From an uncultured Candidatus Saccharibacteria bacterium (GTDB lineage: Bacteria; Patescibacteriota; Saccharimonadia; Saccharimonadales; JAGQNJ01): DNA of 64,000 nucleotides. A model generated the notes under the pieces. The model saw only the letters and a list, made by a program, of their open reading frames with translations, was not told the origin of the DNA and did not search any database. The translations under genes and the position numbers were made by a program. The first letter of the stretch is position 1. The number at the start of each line of letters is the position of its first letter. The DNA is taken from positions 270,183-334,182 of the forward strand of contig CAZPAW010000001.1 in assembly GCA_964584895.1 (NCBI GenBank), given 5' to 3'. Below, piece by piece: positions 9,807 through 19,561 of the stretch.

Positions 9807-11039
9807 TCATTGTCCTTGCCCGCCGACGGTTTTACTAAGTCCAGCAATCGGTCCCATTACACTTGCTGCAATTATTCCAACAACTGACCCAAGTAGTATG
9901 ATCATTATTGGTTCGATCACTGACGCTAAACCGTCAATCGCAGTTTCAACATCTTCTTCGTAAAAATCAGCAACTTTAATTAAAATTGTGTCAATTTTAC
10001 CTGATTCTTCTCCGACCGCTAACATTTGTGCGACTATTGGCGGAAAGTGCTTACTTTTAGATAGTGGTTCTGATAACTGTTTACCATTTTTAACTTCTTT
10101 AGCTGCCTCTCTAAGTTCGTCTTGAATAACTACATTTCCCATCGCCCCTCCGGTTACTTCAAGAGCATCCAAAACTCCTACTCCAGACGACATTAATGAA
10201 GCAAAAGTTCGGGCAAATCTAGCCACGGAGATTTTTACGATTACATTACTTACGATTGGCATTTTAAGAAGTATTCCGTGAAACTGTCTTTTGCCTTTCG
10301 GCGACCGCGACCATCTTTTAAATACAAAAACAGCAATAATTCCAAAAATGATTAGAAAAATTGCATTGTGTTGCATAAAATCGCTAACTGATAGCATTGC
10401 TTTTGTATAGACGGGCAGAGAATCTTCGCCTCCACCTAGGTCTTTAATGATTTCTCCTATTTTTGGGATGATAAAGATCATAATCCCAAAAAAAGCAAAA
10501 ATAGTGACTACGAGAATCACGATTGGGTATGCCATGGCAGATTTTATTCGTTTTCTCATACTTGAATCACTTTCAATCTGTATAGCCAGTCTTTTAAGAA
10601 TTTCGTCAAGGATACCGCCAGCCTCCCCAGCTCTTACCATATTTACGTAAACATCATTAAATACTCTAGGATATTTCGCGAATGCGTCTGCCAATGGTGA
10701 TCCACCAGATACATCCTTAGATACTCCAGCTATTACTTCTTTGAAATATTTGTTCTTGGTCTGGTCTTTGAGTGTATCAAGGGCGCGGTTTAACGGGACT
10801 CCAGCTGACACCATTGTAGATAGTTGTCTATTAAATATTGCTAAATCTTTAATTTTTACTTTTTTAGATTTACCGATATTTTCAAGAAAATTTGATTTTT
10901 GACTTTGTTCTTTAATCACAAAAGGAGTGAGCTCCTTTTTTCTTAGATTAGAGACCAGGGCTTCTTTGTCGGTAGATTCTGCACTACCACTGACAGTCTT
11001 TCCATCTTTTGTTGTTGCGGTGTACTTAAATTGTTTCAT
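9807..11039 (-). CDS. pilC: Type IV pilus platform protein PilC (GspF family)
   Basis: 410 aa with duplicated T2SSF domain pattern and 3 TM segments. Adjacent to pilB. Confidence 0.9.
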   Translation of the reverse strand: MKQFKYTATTKDGKTVSGSAESTDKEALVSNLRKKELTPFVIKEQSQKSNFLENIGKSKKVKIKDLAIFNRQLSTMVSAGVPLNRALDTLKDQTKNKYFKEVIAGVSKDVSGGSPLADAFAKYPRVFNDVYVNMVRAGEAGGILDEILKRLAIQIESDSSMRKRIKSAMAYPIVILVVTIFAFFGIMIFIIPKIGEIIKDLGGGEDSLPVYTKAMLSVSDFMQHNAIFLIIFGIIAVFVFKRWSRSPKGKRQFHGILLKMPIVSNVIVKISVARFARTFASLMSSGVGVLDALEVTGGAMGNVVIQDELREAAKEVKNGKQLSEPLSKSKHFPPIVAQMLAVGEESGKIDTILIKVADFYEEDVETAIDGLASVIEPIMIILLGSVVGIIAASVMGPIAGLSKTVGGQGQ

Positions 11040-11042
11040 TTT

Positions 11043-12869
11043 TTAGGTTTCAGTGGTTACTCGGAGCAGTTCCTCTATGGAAGTCTGTGCCCGTAATGAT
11101 TTAATTAATCCATCTAATTGCATTGTAACCATACCATCTTTTATTGCTTGTTGTTGGAGTGCATCGCTAGTTGCATTACTGACTACTTGTTTTTGTATTT
11201 CGTTAGTTATATCTAGTACTTCGTAAATACCTATTCGACCTTTATAGCCGGTATGATTACAGCTGTCGCATCCACCATCATGTGCTTTCCATAATTTGAC
11301 TATCTTTGTATCAGTTGTCCCAAGTTGAGAAGTGTCTTCTTTGCTTTTTTTGCTGGTATTGGTTTTTCCAATACCAGCTTCAAGGGCTTGTTTTTCTAGT
11401 TCGCAAATTCGTTTCATGACAGCACTGTCATCTGTATGAAAAATTGAAGCCAACTGTTTTTGAGCTGCTTCATCCGGAGCATAAACTTCACGACAATCAA
11501 CACATAGTCGTCTGACTAATCTTTGCCCGATAACTGCTCTAATTGTCGAGGCAATCAAAAACGGCTCAACATCCATATCTAGTAACCTTGGAAGACATGT
11601 CGCGGCATTATTTGTGTGAAGTGTCGAAAATACGAGATGGCCAGTTAACGCTGCTTGAATTGCAAGATTTGCTGTCTCGGTGTCGCGAATTTCTCCTACC
11701 ATTATTACGTTAGGATCTTGCCTTAGCAGTGCCCTAAGCCCGTTCACGAAAGTCATACCAGCAACAGGGTTGACCTGAGTTTGGTTAGCTCCGCCAATCC
11801 GATACTCTACTGGGTCTTCTACAGTTGAAATATTTACTGATGGATTACTTATCTTGTTGAGTACGCTAAACAAACTAGTTGACTTGCCCGATCCTGTTGG
11901 GCCCGTTACTAATATCATGCCGTATGGTTGCGTCATGGCTCTGTTAATGCAGTCAAGTGAATGACCCCAATAACCTAAGTCTTCTAGGGTTAAGGCTTCG
12001 TTTGATTCGTTTAGAATTCTCATTACAACTTTCTCGCCGTCCATAATCGGCAATGTGGATACTCTAAGAGCGTATACCTGACTGGATACGGCAATTTTGA
12101 AACGTCCGTCTTGTGGGGCACGGTGCTCGTCGATTTTTAGGTTGGCAAGTATTTTTATTCTAGAAATTAGGGCAGCCATTACTTTTTTTGGCAGTTTGTT
12201 TGCTTCACGCAACACCCCGTCAACTCTATACCTAACTAATACGTGGTTTTCTCTTGGTTCTATATGGATGTCGCTGGCTCCTGCCTTGATAGCATATTCG
12301 ATTAATAAATTGACGGTTTGCGCAACAGGAGAATCTTCGGCTAGCTCTTCCTCGCTGACATTATCGTTTGTCTGTTCATCATCTTCATCTTTTGTGCTGT
12401 CAGATATCACTTTTGTTAGTTCGCTACCAATATTATTACCTTTGTATTGGTCTATTGCCCCTTGGATAGCAGCTGTAGTTGCAACATAGACGGTAAGATT
12501 TGTCCCAAGTTGTTTTTGCAAGAAGTTAACTGCCTGGATATCATCAGGGTCTTCCATCGCCAGTAACTTACTGCCTTTTTCATTAACGTCAAAAACAACT
12601 GCATTGTATTGTTTTGCAATCCTCTCTGGTATTAAACGTAAAACTTCTCTTTTTATTTCTTTAGGGTTCAAATCCACAAAGGGGATATCGGCTTCTTTCG
12701 AATATAGTTTAACTAAATCTTTTTCATCTAACAGATTATTTTTTATGACAGATTGTTGCAGGCTGAATTTTTCAGCCACGGCTTCTTCTCGTAGTTTATT
12801 GAGTTTTTCTTTAGTTGTGATTTTTGCGTCGAGTATTAATTTTTCAACTAATGCATCTGATATTTTCAT
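11043..12869 (-). CDS. pilB: Type IV pilus assembly ATPase PilB (GspE family)
   Basis: Walker A GPTGSGKST, Asp/His boxes, tetracysteine motif CVDC...CDSCNHTGYKGR, and a T2SSE_N-like N-terminus. Confidence 0.9.
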   Translation of the reverse strand: MKISDALVEKLILDAKITTKEKLNKLREEAVAEKFSLQQSVIKNNLLDEKDLVKLYSKEADIPFVDLNPKEIKREVLRLIPERIAKQYNAVVFDVNEKGSKLLAMEDPDDIQAVNFLQKQLGTNLTVYVATTAAIQGAIDQYKGNNIGSELTKVISDSTKDEDDEQTNDNVSEEELAEDSPVAQTVNLLIEYAIKAGASDIHIEPRENHVLVRYRVDGVLREANKLPKKVMAALISRIKILANLKIDEHRAPQDGRFKIAVSSQVYALRVSTLPIMDGEKVVMRILNESNEALTLEDLGYWGHSLDCINRAMTQPYGMILVTGPTGSGKSTSLFSVLNKISNPSVNISTVEDPVEYRIGGANQTQVNPVAGMTFVNGLRALLRQDPNVIMVGEIRDTETANLAIQAALTGHLVFSTLHTNNAATCLPRLLDMDVEPFLIASTIRAVIGQRLVRRLCVDCREVYAPDEAAQKQLASIFHTDDSAVMKRICELEKQALEAGIGKTNTSKKSKEDTSQLGTTDTKIVKLWKAHDGGCDSCNHTGYKGRIGIYEVLDITNEIQKQVVSNATSDALQQQAIKDGMVTMQLDGLIKSLRAQTSIEELLRVTTET

Positions 12870-13065
12870 AGTTTGTTCTAACCCTATTATATAAAATCGC
12901 CTTAAGCATAACTATCTTAGTTTTTTCGCATATATGTTACTAGTGTACCACCGCTTGTGCTTATGATGGTAGTTTGTTATCAAAAAACTCTGTCTAGATT
13001 GCTTTAATCGTTTGCTATACTAGGATTACGATAAAATTACAAAATTCTGGAGGGGTAAGAATAAT

Positions 13066-14094
13066 ATGGCGAGTAAGTCTGATACGAAAAAAACAGAAAC
13101 GAAAGATAGTGAAAAATCTGGCAAAGATAAGGCACTTGGTCTAGCGCTAGATCATATAGAAAAGCAATTCGGCAAAGGGTCTATCATGAAACTAGGGGAG
13201 GGGACAAATGCCGATGTTGAATGTATCCCTACTGGAAGCATATCTCTTGATATGGCCCTGGGCGGCGGAATCCCAAAAGGAAGAATTATTGAGATTTATG
13301 GGCCAGAAAGCTCTGGTAAGACAACTCTTGCCCTTCATGTAATTGCGGAAGCTCAAAAGACTGGTGGACGAGCGGCGTTTATTGATGCTGAACATGCACT
13401 AGATCCGGCATACGCCAAACGGCTAGGGGTAAAAACCGAGAATTTACTAGTTTCTCAACCAGATAACGGTGAACAAGCCTTAGAAATTGCTGAGACTTTA
13501 GTCCGTTCAAACGCCGTTGACGTAATCGTGGTGGACTCTGTAGCTGCCCTAGTACCAAGGGCTGAAATCGAGGGGGATATGGGTGATAGTCATATGGGTC
13601 TTCAAGCCCGACTGATGAGTCAAGCTCTCCGGAAGTTAACAGGAGTAATTAATCGTTCTAACGCTACAGTTATTTTTATCAATCAGATTAGAATGAAGAT
13701 TGGAGTAATGTTTGGAAATCCAGAGACTACAACTGGCGGTAATGCTCTTAAGTTTTATGCCAGTGTACGAATGGACATTAGACGAATTGGACAGATAAAA
13801 AAAGGCGAAGAGATTATTGGCAACCGAACAAAAGTAAAAGTTGTGAAGAACAAGATTGCGCCACCGTTTAGGATTGCAGAATTTGACATAATGTACAACC
13901 AAGGCATTAGCCGATCTGGCGATATTTTGGATATAGCAACAGAAAAAGAAATTGTCGAGAAATCTGGCGCGTGGTTTAGCTATAACGGAGAAAAAATATC
14001 GCAAGGTCGCGAAGCAGCTAAAAAATACCTAGAAGATAATCCAAAAATCATGGAAGAAATTGCTAAAAAAGTTCGTACCGCAAAAACTGATTAA
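13066..14094 (+). CDS. recA: Recombinase RecA
   Basis: [23 protein letters not shown] and [36 protein letters not shown] upstream. Confidence 0.97.
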   Translation: MASKSDTKKTETKDSEKSGKDKALGLALDHIEKQFGKGSIMKLGEGTNADVECIPTGSISLDMALGGGIPKGRIIEIYGPESSGKTTLALHVIAEAQKTGGRAAFIDAEHALDPAYAKRLGVKTENLLVSQPDNGEQALEIAETLVRSNAVDVIVVDSVAALVPRAEIEGDMGDSHMGLQARLMSQALRKLTGVINRSNATVIFINQIRMKIGVMFGNPETTTGGNALKFYASVRMDIRRIGQIKKGEEIIGNRTKVKVVKNKIAPPFRIAEFDIMYNQGISRSGDILDIATEKEIVEKSGAWFSYNGEKISQGREAAKKYLEDNPKIMEEIAKKVRTAKTD

Positions 14095-14095
14095 A

Positions 14096-14608
14096 ATGTC
14101 GCAGGAAAAGTTAGTCCAAATTGTTGATAGCAATGATCGTGTAATAAGTACCGATGATCAGCATCAGGCGAGATTGCATGGTTGGACGGTGCGTATTGCT
14201 CGCATTATGGTAGAGGACGAGTCGGGTAAAAAGGTTCTACTGCAAAAAAGATCGCTGAACAATCCGCTCTATCCAGGTAGGTGGGATAATTCTGCGGCTG
14301 GTCACGTTGACGAAGGTGAAGATTACCTAACGGCAGCAAAGAGAGAATTGTATGAAGAAATTGGCATCAAGACTGATGATTTGGTTGAAATTGGAGAGTA
14401 CTATAATTCTACAAAAGCCGATGACTATACGTTAAGCCAATTTAATAAAGTATATAAATATATTACAAAAAACACTCCAAACAAACTGCAAAAGAAAGAA
14501 GTGTCAGAAGTTAAGTGGTTCAAAATAGAAGAATTAAAACGGCTAGTTCAAGAGAGCCCAGAGCTGTGTACTAACGGTGTTATTGAGGTAGTCGAACGCT
14601 ACTACTAG
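14096..14608 (+). CDS. NUDIX hydrolase
   Basis: Nudix box GHVDEGEDYLTAAKRELYEEIG. ATG at 14096 lies 1 nt after the recA stop; the track start at 14060 lies inside recA. Confidence 0.8.
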   Translation: MSQEKLVQIVDSNDRVISTDDQHQARLHGWTVRIARIMVEDESGKKVLLQKRSLNNPLYPGRWDNSAAGHVDEGEDYLTAAKRELYEEIGIKTDDLVEIGEYYNSTKADDYTLSQFNKVYKYITKNTPNKLQKKEVSEVKWFKIEELKRLVQESPELCTNGVIEVVERYY

Positions 14609-14695
14609 CCTACTCCCCTACCTTGTCGTTGCTATAAACACAACATTAGCTATAGCCTTTTATCTGCACGGTTATTATCATGGTTAACAAAATTA

Positions 14696-14717
14696 GCTAC
14701 TGAATTAATTCAGTAGC
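14696..14717. promoter_or_regulatory. Perfect 22-bp palindrome upstream of the AbrB-like gene
   Basis: GCTACTGAATTAATTCAGTAGC, with no U-run after it. Lies 85 nt upstream of ATG 14803. Either an operator or a hairpin. Confidence 0.3.
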
Positions 14718-14802
14718 AAGATATGGGTGATTAGTGTAAAATATTTGTAACCAATTAATTAATGTATTAGTAGTAGGCTTATACTGTAAGAAAGGATTAT
14801 AT

Positions 14803-14985
14803 ATGGCAAGAAATCAGGTAGAAGATGAAAACGTTCGCTCCCTCACCCTCATGGGCGACGGCCGAAGTTTGGGGCTAACTATTCCAATTAGATACGTACG
14901 TAAATTTGCATTAGCGCCAAAACAGAAAGTACGGCTAGTACGCCGTGGTCAAAACTTGATTATTCAGTTAGATGTCAAAGTATAA
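14803..14985 (+). CDS. AbrB/SpoVT-type DNA-binding domain protein
   Basis: 60 aa. LGLTIPIRYVRKFALAPKQKVRLVRRGQNLII matches the swapped-hairpin AbrB/MazE pattern. No adjacent toxin-like ORF. Confidence 0.5.
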   Translation: MARNQVEDENVRSLTLMGDGRSLGLTIPIRYVRKFALAPKQKVRLVRRGQNLIIQLDVKV

Positions 14986-15000
14986 GATATAATCAATAAA

Positions 15001-15561
15001 ATGAAGAAAGCGATAATATTTCATGGCACATTGGGGTCGCCTGAGGGCAACTGGTTTAGGTGGTTAGAGAAACAGCTGATTAAGCGTCGTATGGATGTCT
15101 GGTTGCCGATACTACCTAATGCTGACAAACCGAGCCTAAAAGAATGGTTAAAGTTTGTTGAGGACAATTGCCCGTTTGATATCGATAAAGAAACTGTCGT
15201 TATTGGGCATTCTAGCGGAGCAATCCTAGCGATGCTGATGTTGCAGTCTGGCTACAATGTTGGGGCACTAATTGCCGTGTCAATCTTCATTGACAACTCT
15301 CTTGGTTGGGAGCCAAATGACAGACTATTTGACGTTGAATTTAATTATGAAAAACTGAGATCTAACCGATCAAAGAGACTGATCATTAATTCTGATACAG
15401 ACCCGTATGTGCCGCTGGAAAAGGCAGAAGAAATAGCCGGAAAAAGCCGAACAGAGATATTGGTTATCAAAAACCAAGGTCATTTTAACTTAGAGCAGAG
15501 CGAAGACTATAAGGAGTTCCCGCAGTTAATCCAAATCTTGCAACAAAGAAATCTTTTATAA
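15001..15561 (+). CDS. Serine hydrolase, YdeN/RBBP9-like alpha/beta fold
   Basis: Nucleophile elbow GHSSG, later D and H (NQGHF), ~186 aa as in the Ser_hydrolase family. Confidence 0.6.
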   Translation: MKKAIIFHGTLGSPEGNWFRWLEKQLIKRRMDVWLPILPNADKPSLKEWLKFVEDNCPFDIDKETVVIGHSSGAILAMLMLQSGYNVGALIAVSIFIDNSLGWEPNDRLFDVEFNYEKLRSNRSKRLIINSDTDPYVPLEKAEEIAGKSRTEILVIKNQGHFNLEQSEDYKEFPQLIQILQQRNLL

Positions 15562-15628
15562 TCAAACTTGTACCGCTCGAAAGCTGAGTTCTTAGAATAT
15601 GGTGACCGGGGTTTATTGGTAAATATCT

Positions 15629-16816
15629 TTAAAGAATGTGAGACGAAGATGTTCTGTCGGCGTATGGATTTGATGTATCACCGTAAGGGCCAGTTTTTAT
15701 TGGGCTCTCTGATTTTTCCCAGCCTGATTTAACTGCTTCTTCGAAATACGTGGCTGGGAACATGTTTTTGCCGCAGGTAGATAATTTTTTGAACCTAGTT
15801 GTCACAATCTTTTTGACTTCTGTCCCGTTGCTTGAATACTTAAGTCTAAACTTTACGATGGGGTCTGTTGAACCGCCGTTGGCGGCTTTGTTATAACCTT
15901 CAATCTTGTTATAGAAATACAAAGTCTCTGTTAAATTTTTTGGATCTCTGCTACCTGTGTACCAGCTAACTCCACTATTAGATCTGATTCTTTGAATCGA
16001 GGCAACTTTACTACGCCCATCCCAGACCTTTCTTGATTTGCCAGAATTAAGCTGTAAGTGACCGACGAATGACTCGTATGTTTCGGTAGATGTATTTCTG
16101 CTTGGATTCGAGTAATTGTAGAGTTCGTTTTGAGCGCGTGCAATGTCATTGCCTGTTATCGTTCCATTAGACCTGTTTCGAGCTACTTGTTTAGCCTTTG
16201 TGTAGATATCATATACCGCGAACCTTATGGGTTTTGCTGGGTTTGTTGAGTCTCTACAGGCCTTTAATTTTACGCCTTTGTTATCTGTGTATATTGTTTT
16301 CATACCCTTCATGTATTTAGGGAGAGTTTTGTTTAGATAAGCCGTCCGACAAGTTCTTACCTTTACATCATCGCCCCAGTTAGATGTACTTGGGTCCCCG
16401 CATTGCTGCTCACTTTTGCATATTTCATCCCATGTTGCGCCTCCAGCCGTACCGCCAAAACCAAACATGCTAGACATCTCTGATCTTTGTAATAATCTTA
16501 AGTCATGATTTTTCAACATCCGATTCTGGGAATTATTTATATCCTTAACTCTTTCTGAGCTACCGCCAATTTTTAATACCCACATATAGTTAGAACCCTG
16601 GTCTCTTTTCCAAACTTCTTTGTTTACCTTCCAATGTTTTGCTCTACCTTTCATCATCTGAGAAGTCACAGGACATCCTTCGGCATTAGCTAGCTTAAAC
16701 TTGTTATCAGAAGACCGTTTGTAAACACTAAAGCCAACAGCGCTAATAACTACAACTACCAGCAGGACCAAAAATGTCTCTATATGAGAAAAGCCATTGT
16801 TGTTTTGTTTTGTCAT
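15629..16816 (-). CDS. Large pilin-like protein (prepilin-type N-terminus plus ~370-aa Cys-containing domain), paralog 2
   Basis: MTKQNNNG-FSHIETFLVLLVVVVISAVGF has Glu5. Collinear with the upstream paralog (GCP, KIGGS, KACRDS, KPIRFAVYD, LYNYS, CGKNMFPATYFE). Confidence 0.6.
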   Translation of the reverse strand: MTKQNNNGFSHIETFLVLLVVVVISAVGFSVYKRSSDNKFKLANAEGCPVTSQMMKGRAKHWKVNKEVWKRDQGSNYMWVLKIGGSSERVKDINNSQNRMLKNHDLRLLQRSEMSSMFGFGGTAGGATWDEICKSEQQCGDPSTSNWGDDVKVRTCRTAYLNKTLPKYMKGMKTIYTDNKGVKLKACRDSTNPAKPIRFAVYDIYTKAKQVARNRSNGTITGNDIARAQNELYNYSNPSRNTSTETYESFVGHLQLNSGKSRKVWDGRSKVASIQRIRSNSGVSWYTGSRDPKNLTETLYFYNKIEGYNKAANGGSTDPIVKFRLKYSSNGTEVKKIVTTRFKKLSTCGKNMFPATYFEEAVKSGWEKSESPIKTGPYGDTSNPYADRTSSSHIL

Positions 16817-18067
16817 TTAAGAGTCCCAGCCTTCTCGTTTAGCCATCTCGTAATAGGTAGCAGGGAACATTTTTTTGCCACATACGGACAAGTTATTGAA
16901 ACGGGTTTTTACAGTTCTTGTGACATATCTTACGCTACTCTCATCGTTTTGATTAGGGTTTATGATAGGGTGTGTTCCTGTCCAGTTAGTTTCGTGAGAT
17001 AGAGGCACTTTTCGTGTTTGGTATCTAAGTCTAAACATTACGATTGGGTTATTGCTGTTTCCGTTGTTTTTCTTAAAGTATTTTTCAATTTTGTTATAGA
17101 AGATGATTGTTGAATCAGTGCCCACAGGCATTCTTTTTGCATCAACTACGTTCTCCATACCATTTATTCTTTGGTGCGAGGCAATGTTTGTTTTTCCTGA
17201 CCAAATCTCCCTTGATCTCCCTGGATTAAGAAGTAGTTGGCCTGTCCAGGTTGATTTATTATTACCCTCTGAACTATACGAATAATTGTATAGAACTTTT
17301 TGAACTTCTGATATTGCACGGTTTCTATCGCTTCCACTATTGTAGTAACCGTTGTCATAGACAGTGATTTTTTTCCATCTTTCAGGGGTAAATCCTTCAG
17401 GCCTTGGAGCCGCTTTAAACTTAATGTTATGTTTCTTTTCGTATGCAGATACGATTTGTTTTGCTTGTACATATGTGTCGAAGACGGCAAATCGTATAGG
17501 TTTTCCTGGATTTGTCTTTGAATCTCGGCAGGCTTTGACGGTAACTCCCTTTCCATCGGAGTAGATTTTTTTCATACCTGGCAAATTTTTTGATAACCGT
17601 TTTTGTCTTTGCTCAGCCTCACAGTACTTTACTTTAAAACTGTCTCCCCAGTCGCTTGTTGGTTGACTCTTACAAATTTTTTCAATATCACACATCTCTT
17701 TTAATGTAGCTTCATCTCTATAGGGATGATTTGATTCAAGTGCTAGGAGTCTTAGGTCCATATCTTTTAGTTTTTTGTTATTGTTTATATCATCAGGTTT
17801 TTCAGTGGAGCCACCTAGTTTCCAGACCCAAAATAAGCCTGCGCCGTTTTCCTTTAGGAAAACTTCTTTGTTTTTTTCATAATGTTTTTGTCTTTGTATG
17901 GCGTATTGTGACGCGTATGGACATCCTGCCGCTTCTGCCTTACTAAAATAACTGTCTTTTGTAGAACGTTTGTAAACAGTGAACCCAATACCAGCTATTA
18001 ATGCAGTTACCAATACCACTACTAAAAGTTCTATGTGAGAAAAACCTTTATTATCTTGCCGATTCAT
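16817..18067 (-). CDS. Large pilin-like protein, paralog 1
   Basis: MNRQDNKG-FSHIELLVVVLVTALIAGIGF. Shares blocks with paralog 2. Its stop abuts the next start (TAAATG). Confidence 0.6.
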   Translation of the reverse strand: MNRQDNKGFSHIELLVVVLVTALIAGIGFTVYKRSTKDSYFSKAEAAGCPYASQYAIQRQKHYEKNKEVFLKENGAGLFWVWKLGGSTEKPDDINNNKKLKDMDLRLLALESNHPYRDEATLKEMCDIEKICKSQPTSDWGDSFKVKYCEAEQRQKRLSKNLPGMKKIYSDGKGVTVKACRDSKTNPGKPIRFAVFDTYVQAKQIVSAYEKKHNIKFKAAPRPEGFTPERWKKITVYDNGYYNSGSDRNRAISEVQKVLYNYSYSSEGNNKSTWTGQLLLNPGRSREIWSGKTNIASHQRINGMENVVDAKRMPVGTDSTIIFYNKIEKYFKKNNGNSNNPIVMFRLRYQTRKVPLSHETNWTGTHPIINPNQNDESSVRYVTRTVKTRFNNLSVCGKKMFPATYYEMAKREGWDS

Positions 18068-18164
18068 TTTTATACCTTTTTTATTTTTATGCTTATGTTA
18101 TGAATGTACACTTAAATATATATTTGTGTCAAGCTGTTGGTAAGATATCGATTATGACTTATCT

Positions 18165-18173
18165 TGATAGTAT
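18165..18173 (+). promoter_or_regulatory. Extended -10 box (TGaTAGTAT), 6 nt before the recX ATG
   Basis: TGnTAnnnT motif; the gap to ATG 18180 is 6 nt, implying a leaderless transcript. Confidence 0.45.
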
Positions 18174-18179
18174 TAAATC

Positions 18180-18779
18180 ATGCTAAAAATTACGAATATA
18201 AAACAGCAAGTAAAACGACAGGATAGATATTCTATTTTTATTGACGGAAAGTACTGTTTTTCGTTATCCGAAAACGAGCTAATGCAATCTGGGATTCGAC
18301 TTAATAAAGAATATACCAGTCTGGAGTTAGGACATTTAAAGCAGACAGCTGTAATGGATAAAGCATATATGCGCAGTCTGGATATGTTATCGCGAAGGGC
18401 GAGAAGCGAATGGGAATTACGGGATTATTTAAAGCGAAAAGAATATGAGCCCGAGATTATTAATCAAATAATAAGTAGATTAAAAAATATGAAATATATT
18501 GATGATTATAACTTTGCCAAATCGTGGGTTGATAATCGAAGATTGCTAAAAGCGACGAGTAAACGCAAGTTGTCGCAAGAATTAAAGCAAAAACGGGTAG
18601 AACAGTCTGTTATAGATAAAGTATTAGCCGAGGATGAGACAGACGAAAAGTCTGTAATAAAAGACTTAATTGCTAAAAAACGAACACAGAGCCGATATAA
18701 GGATGACCAAAAACTGATCGCCTATTTATTACGTCAAGGTTTTAGCTATAGCGATGTTAAAGACGCTATCAGTAGCTAG
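18180..18779 (+). CDS. recX: Recombination regulator RecX
   Basis: ~200 aa with a three-repeat helical pattern: RYSIFIDGKYCFSLSE, SEWELRDYLKRKEY, YIDDYNFAKSWV. Confidence 0.8.
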   Translation: MLKITNIKQQVKRQDRYSIFIDGKYCFSLSENELMQSGIRLNKEYTSLELGHLKQTAVMDKAYMRSLDMLSRRARSEWELRDYLKRKEYEPEIINQIISRLKNMKYIDDYNFAKSWVDNRRLLKATSKRKLSQELKQKRVEQSVIDKVLAEDETDEKSVIKDLIAKKRTQSRYKDDQKLIAYLLRQGFSYSDVKDAISS

Positions 18780-18795
18780 ACTACTTTACTTTACT

Positions 18796-18804
18796 TGTTA
18801 TAAT
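18796..18804 (+). promoter_or_regulatory. Extended -10 box (TGtTATAAT), 7 nt before ATG 18812
   Basis: Consensus TGnTATAAT; the gap to the start codon is 7 nt. Confidence 0.5.
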
Positions 18805-18811
18805 TTATAGG

Positions 18812-19420
18812 ATGATCAAGAACAAAAAAATTAAACCAAGCATAGAACGTCTAATTGAGTTTCAGAGTTTTTTGTTGAAGTTTCAGGCGATTGATAGGGT
18901 GCTGCATGTCAAAAAGGACGATGAACAAAAACATGAAAATGATGTAGAGCATAGTTATAGTTTGGCGATGATGGGGTGGTTTTTAGCGGATTATTTCCCT
19001 GAACTCGATAAAGATAAAGTAATCAGGTTTGCTCTTGTACATGATTTAGTCGAAGTTTATGCCGGCGATACGTATATTTTTGCCGATAAAGAATATCTAC
19101 AGAGTAAGAAAAAACGAGAGCATGAAGCCCTAAAAAAGATTCAGGCAGAATGGCCAGATTTTTTGGATATGCACAATACAATTCAAGATTACGAAGAAAT
19201 GGTTTCTGATGAAGCTAAGTTTGTCTATTCACTAGATAAGATATTGCCAGTAATGTTAAATCTTCTTAACGATGGATACACCTGGAAAACCGAAGGTATA
19301 ACGTTAGATCAACTCCATGAACAGAAAAAGAGTAAAGCAACTTTTTCTAAAGATATTGCGCCTTATTATGAAGCCCTATACCAGCTAATGACTGAAAATA
19401 AACATTTGTTTGGTAAATAA
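18812..19420 (+). CDS. HD-domain phosphohydrolase (YfbR-like 5'-nucleotidase family)
   Basis: H..HD..D metal ligands: ENDVEHSYSLAMM and LVHDLVEVYAGD. Confidence 0.65.
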   Translation: MIKNKKIKPSIERLIEFQSFLLKFQAIDRVLHVKKDDEQKHENDVEHSYSLAMMGWFLADYFPELDKDKVIRFALVHDLVEVYAGDTYIFADKEYLQSKKKREHEALKKIQAEWPDFLDMHNTIQDYEEMVSDEAKFVYSLDKILPVMLNLLNDGYTWKTEGITLDQLHEQKKSKATFSKDIAPYYEALYQLMTENKHLFGK

Positions 19421-19499
19421 TATCTAGGCAGGGGCGGCTTCCTAAAGCTACGGCTTGATTTGAGACAGTTACTTTACCAGGCACGGTAGCTTCTTTGAC
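19421..19499. repeat. Direct repeat copy 1: decayed duplicate of the 3' end of the PRC-barrel gene
   Basis: 79 nt matching 20053..20130 except for a central 5-6 nt patch with a 1-nt indel. On the minus strand it encodes VKEATVPGKVTVSNQAVA and then frameshifts. Confidence 0.85.
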
Positions 19500-19541
19500 A
19501 AGAGGGCAAAAAGGGTTAATGAATACTGTCAAGCACTGAAA

Positions 19542-19550
19542 TGCTATAAT
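19542..19550 (+). promoter_or_regulatory. Extended -10 box (TGcTATAAT) for the NUDIX gene
   Basis: Consensus TGnTATAAT, 11 nt before ATG 19562. Confidence 0.45.
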
Positions 19551-19561
19551 TGACATTAATA

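Noticed and set aside
12097-12894. Plus-strand ORFs of 130 aa and 96 aa inside pilB
   Set aside because: They are antisense to a clearly identified GspE-family ATPase, and their translations are Ser-rich and low-complexity.
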